Assembly: GCA_963823665.1 (NCBI GenBank)
Contig: CAWGMQ010000007.1
Span: 864,001 to 928,000 of the forward strand
Direction: 5' to 3'
DNA length: 64,000 nucleotides
From: an uncultured Planctomycetota bacterium
GTDB taxonomy: Bacteria; Planctomycetota; Planctomycetia; Isosphaerales; Isosphaeraceae
A program made the position numbers and the translations under genes. Shown here in pieces: positions 33,713 to 44,434 of the stretch. The notes under the pieces are model-generated. The model saw only the letters and a list, made by a program, of their open reading frames with translations. It did no database searches and had not been told where the DNA came from. The first letter of the stretch is position 1. Each line of letters begins with the position of its first letter.

Positions 33713-36700
33713 ATGAACCCGATCGTCTTCGCCCTGCGGCGGCCAATGACCGTCATGGTGCTCGTGGTTGCCGTGGCGCTGGGAAGCATCCTGGCGGTGA
33801 CGCGGATGCCGATCGACATCTTCCCTAATTTGAATCTGCCCGTCGTCTATGTCGCCCAGCCGTTTGGCGGCATGGACCCGGCCCAGATGGAGGGACTCCT
33901 GACCAACTACTACGAGTACCACTTCCTTTATATCAACGGCATCCACCACGTCGAGAGCCGGAACATCCAGGGCATGGCGCTGATGAAGCTCTACTTCCAC
34001 CCGGGCACGAACATGGCCCAGGCCATGGCCGAGGTGATCGGTTACGTGACCCGGTCGCGGGCCTTCATGCCGCCGGGGACAGTGTCTCCGTTCATCACCC
34101 GGTTCGACGCCGGCAGCGTGCCGGTCGGCTACCTGGTGCTTTCCAGCGAGACGAGGTCGATCGGCGAGATTCAAGATCAGGCGATCTTCAAGGTCCGGCC
34201 CATGTTCGCCAGTTTGGCGGGCGTCTCCGCGCCGCCCCCGTTCGGCGGCAGTCAGCGGACGGTGGTCGTGCGCGTGGATCCCGATCGGCTGAGGGCCTAC
34301 CGGATGTCGCCCGACGAGGTGATCGGCGCACTCAACGCCGGAAACACGATCAGCCCCTCGGGTACGGTCCGCATCGGCAAGATGATGCCCATCGTGCCGA
34401 TCAACGCCCTGGCCCGAAGGGTTCAGGAGCTGGAGACGATCCCGATCCGCCCGGGGCAAGACCCGACCGTCTACATCCGTGACGTTGCGACGGTGAAGGA
34501 CGCCAGTGATATCCCGACGGGCTATGCCCTGGTGAACGGTCGACGCGCCGTTTACATCCTCGTGACCAAGCGGGCCGACGCCTCCACGCTCTCGGTCGTC
34601 AACAACGTCAAGAAAGCTCTGCCGGGCATGCAGGCGGTGCTGCCCGACGACATCAAGGTCAGTTTCGAGTTCGACCAGTCGCCTACAGTCACCAACGCCG
34701 TTCGCAGCCTGGTGACCGAGGGCGCGCTGGGGGCCGTGCTGACCGGGTTGATGGTCCTGCTTTTCCTGCGGGACTGGCGGAGCGTGATCGTCGTCGTCCT
34801 CAACATCCCCTTTGCACTGTGCGGCGCGCTCGTAGCGATGTGGCTGAGCGGGCAGACGATCAACCTGATGACGCTGGGCGGACTGGCGCTGGCCATCGGC
34901 ATCCTGGTCGATGAATCCACCGTCGAGGTTGAGAACATCCACCACCAGATGGAGGGGACATCCTCGGTCGCCCGCGCGGTCCGGCGCGGCAACCAGCAGA
35001 CTGCAATCCCCCGGCTGCTGGCGATGCTTTGTGTGCTGGCGGTGTTTATTCCATCGTTCTTCATGCAAGGAGCGGCCCAGGCGCTCTTCGTCCCGCTGTC
35101 ACTGGCCGTCGGCTTCGCCATGGTGACTTCGTATCTCCTCTCCAGCACCTTCGTGCCGGTCCTGTCCACGTGGCTGCTGCGTCATCATCACCATCTCGGG
35201 GCCAAGGGAGAACGGCGCGGTAGCTCCCTGTTCGAGCGCGGACGCGACGCCTATGGCCGGGCCGTCGGCGCCCTGGTGCGCGGGCGGTGGGTGATCGTGC
35301 CGGCATACCTGGCCGGTAGCCTCGCGGTGATCGTGCTCGTAGGCCGGTCACTCGGCCTGGAGATCTTCCCCAAGGTCGACGCCGGCCGGTTCCAGCTCCG
35401 GATGCGGGCGCCGGACGGCACGCGATATGAGGAGACCGAGCGACTGGCGATCGCGGCCTTGGACTCAATCCGCAATGAGGTCGGGCGCGACAAGGTGGCG
35501 ATCTCGATCGGCTATGTGGGGCTGATCCCATCGAGTTATCCGATCAATGCCATCTACCAGTGGACCGGCGGCCCGGAGGAGGCCATTCTGCGGGTGGCCA
35601 TGAAGGAGGGGGCGAGGGTCGACATCGAACGGCTCAAGGAGCGGTTGCGCCGGGAGCTTTCGGTGCAATTGCCAGGCGTGCGGCTCTCGTTCGAGCCTGC
35701 GGACATCGTCAGCGAGGTGATGAGCTTTGGCTCGCCGACACCGGTCGACGTCGCTGTCACCGGGCCGAACCTCGCCGATGACCGTGCGTTCGCCGAGAAA
35801 CTGCGGAACGAGCTGGGCCAGATCGCCTCGCTGCGCGACCTCCACTACGGCCAGTCACTCGACTACCCCACGATCAGCATCGACGTGGACCGCGAGCGCG
35901 CCGGCCTCTCTGGCGTGACCGCCTCGGACATCGCCCGCTCGGTCGTGGCGGCCACGTCCTCCAGTCGGTTCATGGTTCCGAATTACTGGCCCGACCCGAA
36001 GACCGGCATCGGCTACCAGGTGCAAGTCGAGATTCCCTATCAGGTCATGGACAGCATCGAGAGCATCGAGACGGTACCCATTCAGAGGCCCGGCCTGGAC
36101 CGGCAGATCCTGCTCCGCGATGTCGCGCAGGTCCGCCCGGGGACGATGCCGGGCGAATACGACCGCTATAACATGAAGCGGTCGGTGAGCTTGACCGCCA
36201 ACATTTTCGGCGAGGATCTGGGGAGGATCGCGGGCCACGTCGAGCGGGCGATCGCCCGGGCGGGAGCGCCTCCCAAGGGGGCGGTTGTCGACGTGCGGGG
36301 GCAGATCCGGCCGATGCAGGAGATCCTCCAGGGCCTGGCGATCGGCCTGGGGATGTCAATCGTCGTGATCCTGTTGCTGCTCTCGGCAAACTTCCAATCG
36401 GTCAAGCTCGCCCTGATCGTGGTCTCGACCACGCCGGCGGTCATCGCCGGAGTCGTGCTCATGCTGTGGCTCACGGCGACAACGGTGAACCTCCAGTCGT
36501 TCATGGGGTCGATCATGGCCATCGGCGTGGCGGTCGCCAACGCGATCTTGCTGGTGACGTTTGCCGAGCAGCACCGCCGCGACCTTGGTGCGGAGGCAGG
36601 GCAGGCGGCTACGGAAGGCGCGAAGGGCCGGCTCCGTCCCATTCTGATGACCAGTTGCGCGATGACCGCCGGCATGGCTCCGATGGCGCTGGGATGGAGC

Positions 36701-36985
36701 GAGGGGAGCGAGCAGACCGCCCCGCTGGCTCGCGCCGTCATCGGCGGATTGGTCGCCGCGACGATCGCGACCCTGACCGTGCTCCCGACCGTCTTCGCGC
36801 TGGTCCAGGGCTGGGCGGGCCGGGAGTCGGCATCGCTGGATCCCGACGATCCCGCGAGCACGCATTACCACGAAGAGGAAGCCGAGGCGAGCGAGATGGC
36901 TCGGGCGTCGGCCAACGGCGAGCCGCAGGTTCACCAACTTCAAAGTCGAGCTGCCGACCCGTCGCCCGCGAGCCACAAACCATGA
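33713..36985 (+). CDS. RND efflux permease (AcrB/CusA superfamily)
   Basis: 1090 aa; [35 protein letters not shown]. Confidence 0.95.
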   Translation: MNPIVFALRRPMTVMVLVVAVALGSILAVTRMPIDIFPNLNLPVVYVAQPFGGMDPAQMEGLLTNYYEYHFLYINGIHHVESRNIQGMALMKLYFHPGTNMAQAMAEVIGYVTRSRAFMPPGTVSPFITRFDAGSVPVGYLVLSSETRSIGEIQDQAIFKVRPMFASLAGVSAPPPFGGSQRTVVVRVDPDRLRAYRMSPDEVIGALNAGNTISPSGTVRIGKMMPIVPINALARRVQELETIPIRPGQDPTVYIRDVATVKDASDIPTGYALVNGRRAVYILVTKRADASTLSVVNNVKKALPGMQAVLPDDIKVSFEFDQSPTVTNAVRSLVTEGALGAVLTGLMVLLFLRDWRSVIVVVLNIPFALCGALVAMWLSGQTINLMTLGGLALAIGILVDESTVEVENIHHQMEGTSSVARAVRRGNQQTAIPRLLAMLCVLAVFIPSFFMQGAAQALFVPLSLAVGFAMVTSYLLSSTFVPVLSTWLLRHHHHLGAKGERRGSSLFERGRDAYGRAVGALVRGRWVIVPAYLAGSLAVIVLVGRSLGLEIFPKVDAGRFQLRMRAPDGTRYEETERLAIAALDSIRNEVGRDKVAISIGYVGLIPSSYPINAIYQWTGGPEEAILRVAMKEGARVDIERLKERLRRELSVQLPGVRLSFEPADIVSEVMSFGSPTPVDVAVTGPNLADDRAFAEKLRNELGQIASLRDLHYGQSLDYPTISIDVDRERAGLSGVTASDIARSVVAATSSSRFMVPNYWPDPKTGIGYQVQVEIPYQVMDSIESIETVPIQRPGLDRQILLRDVAQVRPGTMPGEYDRYNMKRSVSLTANIFGEDLGRIAGHVERAIARAGAPPKGAVVDVRGQIRPMQEILQGLAIGLGMSIVVILLLLSANFQSVKLALIVVSTTPAVIAGVVLMLWLTATTVNLQSFMGSIMAIGVAVANAILLVTFAEQHRRDLGAEAGQAATEGAKGRLRPILMTSCAMTAGMAPMALGWSEGSEQTAPLARAVIGGLVAATIATLTVLPTVFALVQGWAGRESASLDPDDPASTHYHEEEAEASEMARASANGEPQVHQLQSRAADPSPASHKP

Positions 36986-38355
36986 GGTTAAACCCCCGGG
37001 TAATGAACATCATGCCCCGCGCCCAGCTTTGTCCACTGACCGCCTTGGCGACCGGTTTTCTGCTCGCGATTGCCACCGGATGTGAGGGCACCTCGGAGGG
37101 CAAGGCCGGACCTTCGGCGCAGCCCGCGAGATCGGTCGAGATCGTCAGGCCCGAGAGACACACCATCCGCCGTAGTGTGAGCGAACCGGGCGAGCTCGAG
37201 GCGTTCGAGACCACGGCCATTCACGCCAAGATCGCCGGCTACGTCACAAACTGGTCGGTCAACATCGGCACTGCGGTCAAGAAGGGCCAGGTCCTGGCGG
37301 AGCTTTCAGTCCCTGAGCTAGACGCTGAACTGAAGCAGGAGGAGGCTGCGGTCGAACACGCAATTGCCAAGCACAAGCAGGCCGCGGCTGCGGTCAAGGT
37401 GGCCGAGGCCAACGTGGCGGGAGCCCAGGCGAGACTCGTCGACGTCCGGGCCGGCAAGGGGAGAGTCGAGGCCGACCTCGCCCGCTGGCAATCCGAGTTT
37501 CACCGCATCGAGCAACTGTATGCGGCCCGAGCACAGACAGGAAGCCTGCTCGACGAAACTCGGAGCAAGGTCCGCTCCTCGGAGGCCGCCTGCGACGAAA
37601 TCTCGGCGCAGATCAAGACAGCGGAAGTGGCCATAACCCAGAGTCAAGCCGCACTCGAAGCGACCCATTCGGACGTCGTCGCCGCGGCTGCCGGCATCGA
37701 TGTCGCCAAGGCGGACGTCGGGACTGCCCTTGCAAACCTCGCCTACACGAAGATCAAAGCGCCCTTCGACGGAATCGTCACGCAGCGAAACGTCAACACC
37801 GGCGACCTGACTCAGCCCGGGGCCGACAAGCCCCCGCTGTTCATTGTCGCCCGGTCCGACATCATGACGATCAGGGTGAATGTGCCCGAAGCGTTCGCGG
37901 CGGAGGTCAACACCGGCGACCGCGCCACGGTGAGGCTACAGGAGCTGAAGGGCAAGACCGTCGTTGGGAAGGTCACGCGGGTCTCGTGGGCGATTGATCC
38001 CAAGGTGCGGACGCTTCGCGTCGAGATCGATATTCCTAACCCGGGTGCGAAGCTTCAGCCGGGGCTCTACGCGTACGCGACGGTCATCGCCGAGGAGCAC
38101 CCTGATGTTCTCACCCTGCCCGTGACCGCCATTGTGAGTGAACAGGGGAAGGATTACTGCGTTGCGATCGTTGCTGGCAAGGCGGCTCGGCGCGCGATCC
38201 AGGTCGGGCTCAGCGACGGCACGCGGACCGAAGTCGTCTCGGGACTGGACGGGCGCGAAGCGGTCGTGACGGCCAACGCGGCCTCGCTCGCGGACGGACA
38301 ACCCGTGGAAGTTGTTGATCCGGCGAATCCGCCGCCGAAAAGCGCGAAAGGTTGA
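36982..38355 (+). CDS. RND periplasmic adaptor (MFP)
   Basis: ATGA overlap with permease; [24 protein letters not shown]. Confidence 0.9.
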   Translation: MRLNPRVMNIMPRAQLCPLTALATGFLLAIATGCEGTSEGKAGPSAQPARSVEIVRPERHTIRRSVSEPGELEAFETTAIHAKIAGYVTNWSVNIGTAVKKGQVLAELSVPELDAELKQEEAAVEHAIAKHKQAAAAVKVAEANVAGAQARLVDVRAGKGRVEADLARWQSEFHRIEQLYAARAQTGSLLDETRSKVRSSEAACDEISAQIKTAEVAITQSQAALEATHSDVVAAAAGIDVAKADVGTALANLAYTKIKAPFDGIVTQRNVNTGDLTQPGADKPPLFIVARSDIMTIRVNVPEAFAAEVNTGDRATVRLQELKGKTVVGKVTRVSWAIDPKVRTLRVEIDIPNPGAKLQPGLYAYATVIAEEHPDVLTLPVTAIVSEQGKDYCVAIVAGKAARRAIQVGLSDGTRTEVVSGLDGREAVVTANAASLADGQPVEVVDPANPPPKSAKG

Positions 38356-38480
38356 GCGGCAGGCGGATTATGTTGCGCAAGTTTCCGGGTCCGGTGGTGC
38401 GGCCGGTATCTGGTCATAGGCCATTGGAATGATGATATGAAGTTGTCAGTCAACCAGCGCACCGTAATGCGGAGGGCCAA

Positions 38481-38521
38481 GGGCTGAAGCCCGTGGCTAC
38501 TGACCGGCGCCCCGTTGGGGC
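38481..38521. repeat. Intact GTAG-type REP unit
   Basis: Minus strand contains GTAGCCACGGGCTTCAGCCC. Confidence 0.8.
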
Positions 38522-38611
38522 AGGGTGATGGCGCCCTTGGTGTCGTTGGCAGTGTTTACGCGAACGCCATGCATGAATCACAGGCCGTTTGATCAAGCGC
38601 GCGGGCTGGCG

Positions 38612-39307
38612 TTATGGCTCGCGGATCTGGACTTTTCGGAATTGGACGCGGCCGCTGTGGCTCTGTAGTGCGATGTAGCCGTTGCGCGGCTTGTCCTTGG
38701 GGGCAGGCGCTGCGGCCGGCTTGCTCTTCACATCGGGGAGTTCGGACTGATCGGCCTCCAGGATCAAACGGCTATTGAGCCGGACGGTGATCCGGGGGCC
38801 GGCGCACACCAACTCGATCGTGTTCCACTCGGGGGCCGGCCGGGCGGGGTTGGCACTGGGGCTCTTGTAGCGATAGAGCGAGCCAGTGCCGTGCGCCGAG
38901 GGCGAACTGCCCGCGTCATCGAGCAACTGCACCTCGAAGGCGGCGTACGACGGGCGGGTCTCGCGCGATTGCGCGGGGTCGAACCGGCACGTCCGGATGC
39001 CGATCCCGCTGTTGGCTTGCGTTTTCGCGCCTGAAGCCGGGATGAACCGGTACTCAACCCGGAGGGTGAAGTCGCTGAACTGGCGGCGATCGTATCTGAG
39101 AAAGCCGAAGCCTTCGCCAAGGCAGGCGATTCGCCCGTCGATGACGGACCACATCATCTGGCCCGCCTTGTTCTTCGCCGGCCCTTCCACGAGCCAGCCT
39201 TCAAGGCTCTTGCCGTCGAAGAGGTCGCGGAATTCGTCGTCGGGCCCGGCGGCCGAGGAGACCAGGGTCAGCAACGCGGTGAGGGAGGCAAACATGGCTT
39301 GCATCAC
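38612..39307 (-). CDS. DUF1080 (3-keto-disaccharide hydrolase-like) secreted protein
   Basis: LFDGKSLEGW, FSDFTLRVEY, NSGIGIR, EVQLLD, GYIALQSH. Confidence 0.9.
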   Translation of the reverse strand: MMQAMFASLTALLTLVSSAAGPDDEFRDLFDGKSLEGWLVEGPAKNKAGQMMWSVIDGRIACLGEGFGFLRYDRRQFSDFTLRVEYRFIPASGAKTQANSGIGIRTCRFDPAQSRETRPSYAAFEVQLLDDAGSSPSAHGTGSLYRYKSPSANPARPAPEWNTIELVCAGPRITVRLNSRLILEADQSELPDVKSKPAAAPAPKDKPRNGYIALQSHSGRVQFRKVQIREP

Positions 39308-39316
39308 TGAGTTACT

Positions 39317-39868
39317 CCGATCAATTCAATTCAATCGAACCACTCATCCGCCGGGTCGAACGGCGGGATGACGACATTCAGGATGGTCATCCGCCCGACC
39401 GCCCGGTGCCTGACTCCCGGCGGAATCATCACCGCGAGACCTGACGTCACGGGCACTCGTTGGCTGTCGAGCTCGATCGCTGCGCCTGGGGAGCACTCGA
39501 GAATGTAGTAGATCTCGGTGTGCTCGCGGTGATAGTGGGTGAGGGCGTCGACCTCGATCTGGACGCGGTGGACACTGGCCGGAGCATTGGGGACGTCTGC
39601 GAACGCGCGACGGGCCCAGCCGCAGGGGCAGCGAACCGGATCGATCGTTGAGTAATCGGCGACGACGGCTGCGGCTGGATCTTCGGGTTTTACCTCGATC
39701 GTGTCGCGACTCACGGCTCACCTCTGACTCGATGTCGTGTCGACGTTTCTGGTGCGGTAGCCTGGTGCGCTCCATGTAAAACAGCGGAGGCTAACGCCCG
39801 ACCGCGAGATACCAGTATATACGTTTGGGCTGTGGGATGGGCCCGCGATGGGGCAGGGCTGACAACGC
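39317..39868 (+). repeat. Direct repeat R1 copy A (partner 58149-58690)
   Basis: Colinear diverged match over the cupin gene and its upstream region; 38607-38663 also matches 58087-58143. Confidence 0.9.
39331..39714 (-). CDS. Cupin domain protein
   Basis: CPCGWARRAF, HYHREHTEIYYILE, IPPGVRHRAVG. Confidence 0.85.
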   Translation of the reverse strand: MSRDTIEVKPEDPAAAVVADYSTIDPVRCPCGWARRAFADVPNAPASVHRVQIEVDALTHYHREHTEIYYILECSPGAAIELDSQRVPVTSGLAVMIPPGVRHRAVGRMTILNVVIPPFDPADEWFD

Positions 39869-39905
39869 GTGCGGGAAATGTTGTTTCTCGGTCTGTTCCT
39901 CCAAC

Positions 39906-40724
39906 TTAAAAGCTCTCTATCTCCTCCGGGCGAACATCGAGCCGAGCGGCGAGCACGGCCAGTGTCTTTGGGTGTGGCTTGCCCACTTCATTTCGTTCGA
40001 GGCGGGCGATTTCCTTGAGGGAAATCGGTGCGAAGTCACTGCGCTTCAGTCGACGTTGTTTCCGCAGCCTCATCAGCGATGCGCCAAAAGTGCGTTCGCT
40101 TTGCTGCCGGTGTTTTCTGAGCTTGCGCCGATAGTCAGGGTCAAGCTCGTAGAGGATCGCATCCGCCGACGCTTCGTAATCGCCCAAGGCAATGGTGCGG
40201 CCATAGTCGATCAGCATGAGCCGCGTGAAGTCAGGGGATGTTCCATCTCCTGATCGCGGGAAGATCGAGAACGGCGCGACCACCGCCGTCATGTCGCCGC
40301 GCAACAGCGTCAGCGCCTTCGACTTGAGATCAACACTTCCGCCGATAAACCGGTCGGCTACGTCCGCCATCACAATCGTTTCGACGAACTCATTTTTGGA
40401 AAGCCAATGGAATCCCTCGACCAGGCCGAATACCGGATGAAACAGGCCAAGCAATGCCGGAATGCTCTCCGGGCGCGGTGGTGTCAGCGTTATTAAATGC
40501 GACCCTCGAAGGTCGGCGCGGGAATCGACCGCTTCCTTCAGAAGGATGTCGGTGAAATCACTGGTAAAGGATATCCATGTTGCTTTTTTCGTCGGGTTGC
40601 TCATCGCCGCCTCTACCTCGGAGCGGTCGCGGCAGATAAGGATGCGATGGGGAACGTGCTTTTTTTTGAAAAGGCCTTTCTGAGATCCCAGGAGAATAAA
40701 CTTCTGCTCGAAACCAAGCATCAT
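39906..40724 (-). CDS. Putative antitoxin: unknown N-domain, DUF2442-like domain, XRE HTH
   Basis: IDYGRTIALGDYEASADAIL; HTH LRKQRRLKRSDFAPISLKEIARLERNEVGKP; ATGA overlap with upstream gene. Confidence 0.65.
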   Translation of the reverse strand: MMLGFEQKFILLGSQKGLFKKKHVPHRILICRDRSEVEAAMSNPTKKATWISFTSDFTDILLKEAVDSRADLRGSHLITLTPPRPESIPALLGLFHPVFGLVEGFHWLSKNEFVETIVMADVADRFIGGSVDLKSKALTLLRGDMTAVVAPFSIFPRSGDGTSPDFTRLMLIDYGRTIALGDYEASADAILYELDPDYRRKLRKHRQQSERTFGASLMRLRKQRRLKRSDFAPISLKEIARLERNEVGKPHPKTLAVLAARLDVRPEEIESF

Positions 40725-41023
40725 TCTTCATCTCCATCGTCTTCATCCTCGGCGCTAGATACCGGATTCTCCGGATACTTGGCGTCCCAGGCTGCTATCA
40801 AGCTGTCCCACTGGTCCTCGACGATCCGCATCACTTCCTCGTCGATATCCTTGATGCGTCCGCCCGGCGGCACGAGCAACGCCTTATTGCGGAGACCGAG
40901 TCGCCATTCGCGTGCCTTGTGCATGACCGTGACGTGCGGCGGCTCCACGCGCTCTTTCTCCCGACTCTTTGCCTTCCAGCCTTCGGCCTTGAGCTTTTTC
41001 GGGAGTGGCAGTTCAAACGGCAT
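40721..41023 (-). CDS. Putative DUF4160-like toxin
   Basis: 100 aa; ERVEPPHVTV and terminal LIAAWD helix. Confidence 0.6.
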   Translation of the reverse strand: MPFELPLPKKLKAEGWKAKSREKERVEPPHVTVMHKAREWRLGLRNKALLVPPGGRIKDIDEEVMRIVEDQWDSLIAAWDAKYPENPVSSAEDEDDGDEE

Positions 41024-41038
41024 CCATGCTCTCCGTGC

Positions 41039-41075
41039 ATTATGTCCCTTTATTCGGAGAATGTAAAGGGGACAT
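41039..41075 (-). promoter_or_regulatory. Sigma70-type promoter overlapped by an inverted-repeat operator
   Basis: Minus strand TTTACA-N17-CATAAT; IR ATGTCCCTTTA (41042-41052) / TAAAGGGGACAT (41064-41075). Confidence 0.7.
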
Positions 41076-41186
41076 TTCTATCAGTGACGTACCGCTGATG
41101 CGAGGCATAGTGCCCCGATTGCGCTGCCAGTGCAAGCTTCCTCTGCCGTTTCGTGGAAATGAACATCAGACGGATCGCGCAGTTGA

Positions 41187-43769
41187 TTAACGCCCGTCGA
41201 GTGCCTTGCGGAACGCCTGGTCGTCGCCTAGAGGCAAAAGGTCGGCGTCATGGCGTGCCGAATCGCGAAGGCGGGGCTCTTTGGCGAGGGCCGCGACGAT
41301 CGCCTTGCTGGCCAGGTGCCGCAGTCGCGACCGCTCAGGAGAATCCGCAGGACCGGCCGCCGACGCTAGCGCGAGCGAACAGGAGAGGTTGTACTGGTCG
41401 ATGGGTGATAGGTCGGCCCGCGCTTCCAACGGGAGGGCCTCGGTCGCGACCGCGCGATGGTCGCCTGCGCGAGCCAGGCAGAGGAGGCGACTGATGGTGT
41501 GGCCGGTGACTACCGGCCCGGGTTCGTCCAGGGCGATCACGCGGCGCCAATCGTCGGCGGCCTCGCGAAAGCGGCCGGCCTTCTCGAGCGCAAGCGCGCG
41601 CGCCCCGTGCAGGTTGAGCGCGGTCGCCTTCAGACGGAGCACGTTCGGCTCGGCATTCAAAATCGGGTCGAGCTCACGGAGGCCGTGGCCGAACCGGGCA
41701 ATCCCCGCGTCGAGGCGGCCAAGTTCCACGTCCAGGTTGCCCCAGTTGACGAGCAGGTCGCTCCGGCTGGCCACGTATTCGGCCACATTGGGCCGGGCGG
41801 CCAGGGCCTTCTCCAGCATCCCTTCGGCATCGCGATAGTTAACCTCGGCCGAGGCGGCGTCCTTCATCGTCGCGTGGACCAGTCCCAGATTGACGAGGCT
41901 CTGCGCCAGTTCCACGCGCAGGGAGACGTCGTCGGGGGCTTGGTGCAGCGCCTCCTTATAAATGGCGACGGCCCGGGCGTAATGCGGGACCGATCGCTCG
42001 GGGCTGTTGGCGAGCTGCCAGGCAGTTCCCAGGTTATGCTCGCACCAGGCCAGATCCTTCTCAGGATGGTCGTCGTCGACCGGCGCCAGGTCCACGCGAC
42101 GCCGGGCCAACGCGAGCGCCTTTTCGAGAGCAGAGACCGATCGCTCGGTATCTCGTCTCAAGAGGAAGACACCCTGCTTGATGTAGGCGACCATTTGCTC
42201 GCGCAGAAGGCCCTTATCGCTGGGGCTCTCAGCCAGCAGGGCCTCGTAGAGCCATTGGGCGCGGAGGAGGTTCGCCTCGGCGGGCTCGGGTCGTCCAAGC
42301 GTGAACTGGAGATTGGCGGCCTCGACGGCGGCCTTGGCCGTGTCGCGCCGGATCAGGGGGTGCGAATCGGTCTGCGCCAGGACCCGGTCGTAGAAGGCCA
42401 GCGCGGCCTCGGCCTGGGCGCGATGGGCCTCGGCGAGGCGCGGGCTGCCGCCAAACCTCGGGTCGGAGAGGACGCCCAATATCCTTGTGATGGCATCGCG
42501 GGCATCCCGGTAGTTGGACTCGGCAATGCCGCGCTGGCGGCGGGCGTCGGCGGCCGACTCAGCTTCCCGGGCGAGGGCCGCGCTGAGCCGCCACTGGTGG
42601 GCGAGCAGCCCGGCAATCGTTGCGACCAAGGAAAGGGCAAGGAGAGCGGCGAAGGCGGCCTCGGCGGGCCGGCGGCGGGCCCACTTGATGGCCCGGTCGC
42701 GGGCGCCGGTGGGCCGGGCCAGGATGGTTTCGCCCCGCGCGAAACGTCCGAGGTCGTCGGCCAGCGAGGCGGCCGATCCAAAGCGGCGCGCGGGTTCCTT
42801 CTCCAGGCAAGTGAGGCAGATCGTTCGCAGGTCGGCCGGAAGGTCCGGCCGGAATCGACTGGGGTTGGGGGGCTCGGCGGTCCGGATCAGCTCCAGCGTT
42901 TCGAGCGGGCTGGACGCCACGAACGGGGGCCGGCCGGCCAGGCATTCGAACAGGATGGCGCCCAGGGCGTAAACGTCGACGGCCGCGCCGACGGCCTCGC
43001 TTCCCCCTGCGGCCTGCTCGGGCGCCATGTACGAGGGCGTGCCGAGGATCAGGCTGGTGCGGGTGGCCGCGGCGGCGGGGTAAGCATCGAGCCGCTTGGC
43101 CAGTCCGAAGTCGGCGACCTTGGCCGCGCCGTCGGCGTCGAACAGGATGTTCGAGGGCTTCAGGTCGCGGTGGATGATCCCCCGGCCGTGGGCGTAATGC
43201 ACGGCCCGGGCGAGGCGCTCGACCAGCGCGATTACGTCCGGGATCGAGAGCGGGCCGGCGGCGAGGCGGTCGGCAAGCGAGCCTCCTTCGAGCAGCTCCA
43301 TCGCATAGAACGGGACCCCCTCGCGGACGCCCACGTCAAAGATCGGAACGATTGCGGGATGATTCAGACTGGCGACGGCCTCGAACTCGCGCCGGAACCG
43401 CTCGAGCACATGCGGGCTGGCGTCGCGGCCGGCGGCGACTGTTTTGAGCGCCACCCGACGGTCGAGGCCGAGCTGGCGGGCCCTGTGGACGACCCCCATG
43501 CCGCCCTGGCCGATGAGAGCCTCGAGCTCATATCCCAGCGCGAGAGCCGGGCCGCCGGCACCCTGAGAATCGGGCGCGCCGGCTCCGCGCAGCAAGGCGA
43601 TCCAGGGGTCGTCAGAGCGCGCGACTTCCAGCTTTCCCAGGCAGACAGCGCAATCGGTGAGGTGGCGCTCGATGTCGTCGGCCAGAGTTTCGTCGATCGC
43701 GCCGCGGCCGAAGTCGGCGAGCTGATCGGGAGTTGGATGGGCGTCGGTCGTGAAGGAGGTCTGCGGCAT
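41187..43769 (-). CDS. Ser/Thr protein kinase with N-terminal zf-HC2 and C-terminal TPRs
   Basis: HLTDCAVC; GQGGMGVV, HRDLKPSN, DFG, GTPSYMAPE; TM segment; helical repeats. Confidence 0.93.
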   Translation of the reverse strand: MPQTSFTTDAHPTPDQLADFGRGAIDETLADDIERHLTDCAVCLGKLEVARSDDPWIALLRGAGAPDSQGAGGPALALGYELEALIGQGGMGVVHRARQLGLDRRVALKTVAAGRDASPHVLERFRREFEAVASLNHPAIVPIFDVGVREGVPFYAMELLEGGSLADRLAAGPLSIPDVIALVERLARAVHYAHGRGIIHRDLKPSNILFDADGAAKVADFGLAKRLDAYPAAAATRTSLILGTPSYMAPEQAAGGSEAVGAAVDVYALGAILFECLAGRPPFVASSPLETLELIRTAEPPNPSRFRPDLPADLRTICLTCLEKEPARRFGSAASLADDLGRFARGETILARPTGARDRAIKWARRRPAEAAFAALLALSLVATIAGLLAHQWRLSAALAREAESAADARRQRGIAESNYRDARDAITRILGVLSDPRFGGSPRLAEAHRAQAEAALAFYDRVLAQTDSHPLIRRDTAKAAVEAANLQFTLGRPEPAEANLLRAQWLYEALLAESPSDKGLLREQMVAYIKQGVFLLRRDTERSVSALEKALALARRRVDLAPVDDDHPEKDLAWCEHNLGTAWQLANSPERSVPHYARAVAIYKEALHQAPDDVSLRVELAQSLVNLGLVHATMKDAASAEVNYRDAEGMLEKALAARPNVAEYVASRSDLLVNWGNLDVELGRLDAGIARFGHGLRELDPILNAEPNVLRLKATALNLHGARALALEKAGRFREAADDWRRVIALDEPGPVVTGHTISRLLCLARAGDHRAVATEALPLEARADLSPIDQYNLSCSLALASAAGPADSPERSRLRHLASKAIVAALAKEPRLRDSARHDADLLPLGDDQAFRKALDGR

Positions 43770-43849
43770 TCGTGGGAACCTCGCCCCGATGGGGGAAAAC
43801 CTCTCGGCGGGGCGACCGGAGGACCGCGGGAAGAACCGCCGCGGCGCGG

Positions 43850-44345
43850 TCAGGCGGCGTCTGGCCCGGCCGAATCACGAAGACGACCGAGCCTAAGGTA
43901 GCAGCCAACCAAGCCGGCGCCCACGGCGGGGGACAACATCACGCCGGGCTCGGGGGCTGCTCGGTTCCGCCTGACGGTCCTGACGCGAGACGACTTGCTT
44001 CGCATGGCGCTCTACTCCAGGTAGGACGACCCGCGGCATGGGCCGGCTTACAGAGAGTGCATCAACCCCGTCGATCCTTTCACGGCGAGCTAGGTGTCAC
44101 GAAAATTTAACGCGCTCCACCGGCTGCTCATCCGATCAAACCCTGTCCTTCTTGCCGCAAACGCATGAGAACGCGCGACTTGGCGACCAGGACGGCGTTT
44201 ACCGACAGGCCCAGGGTCTCGGCGCGGGGCCGGCCGCTCCGCAAAGACCAGGAGGCGGTTCACTCCTGGTCGTTCGCTCATGCGGCAACGGCCTCACGCA
44301 TCGCGCGGGCGCCCCGTTCTCTCATGATCCGACGCCGCCGGACCG
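43850..44345 (-). pseudogene. Direct repeat R2 copy A: decayed ECF 3' end, intergenic region and stub of an exported-protein gene
   Basis: 43970-44260 matches 56705-56998; stub MRSKSSRVRTVR...PEPGVMLS; ECF tail LGLSVNAVLVAKSRVLMRLRQEGQGLIG. Confidence 0.85.
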
Positions 44346-44434
44346 TGTGGCCTCTCTGCGTAGAAGCTATGATTGATGGAGCCGTAGAATGAATCTGAGG
44401 GCGTTCCCCTCTTCCGCGGATAACCGTTCCCACC

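Noticed and set aside
38466..38481. Degenerate second IS end making a composite transposon
   Set aside because: Weak gapped similarity only; CCAAGGG is explained as the left arm of the REP.
41457..43901. Long antisense ORFs (814 aa here; also 14734..16080, 20186..21427, 33689..35068, 62704..63681)
   Set aside because: Shadow frames of well-supported genes in high-GC DNA, with no motifs.
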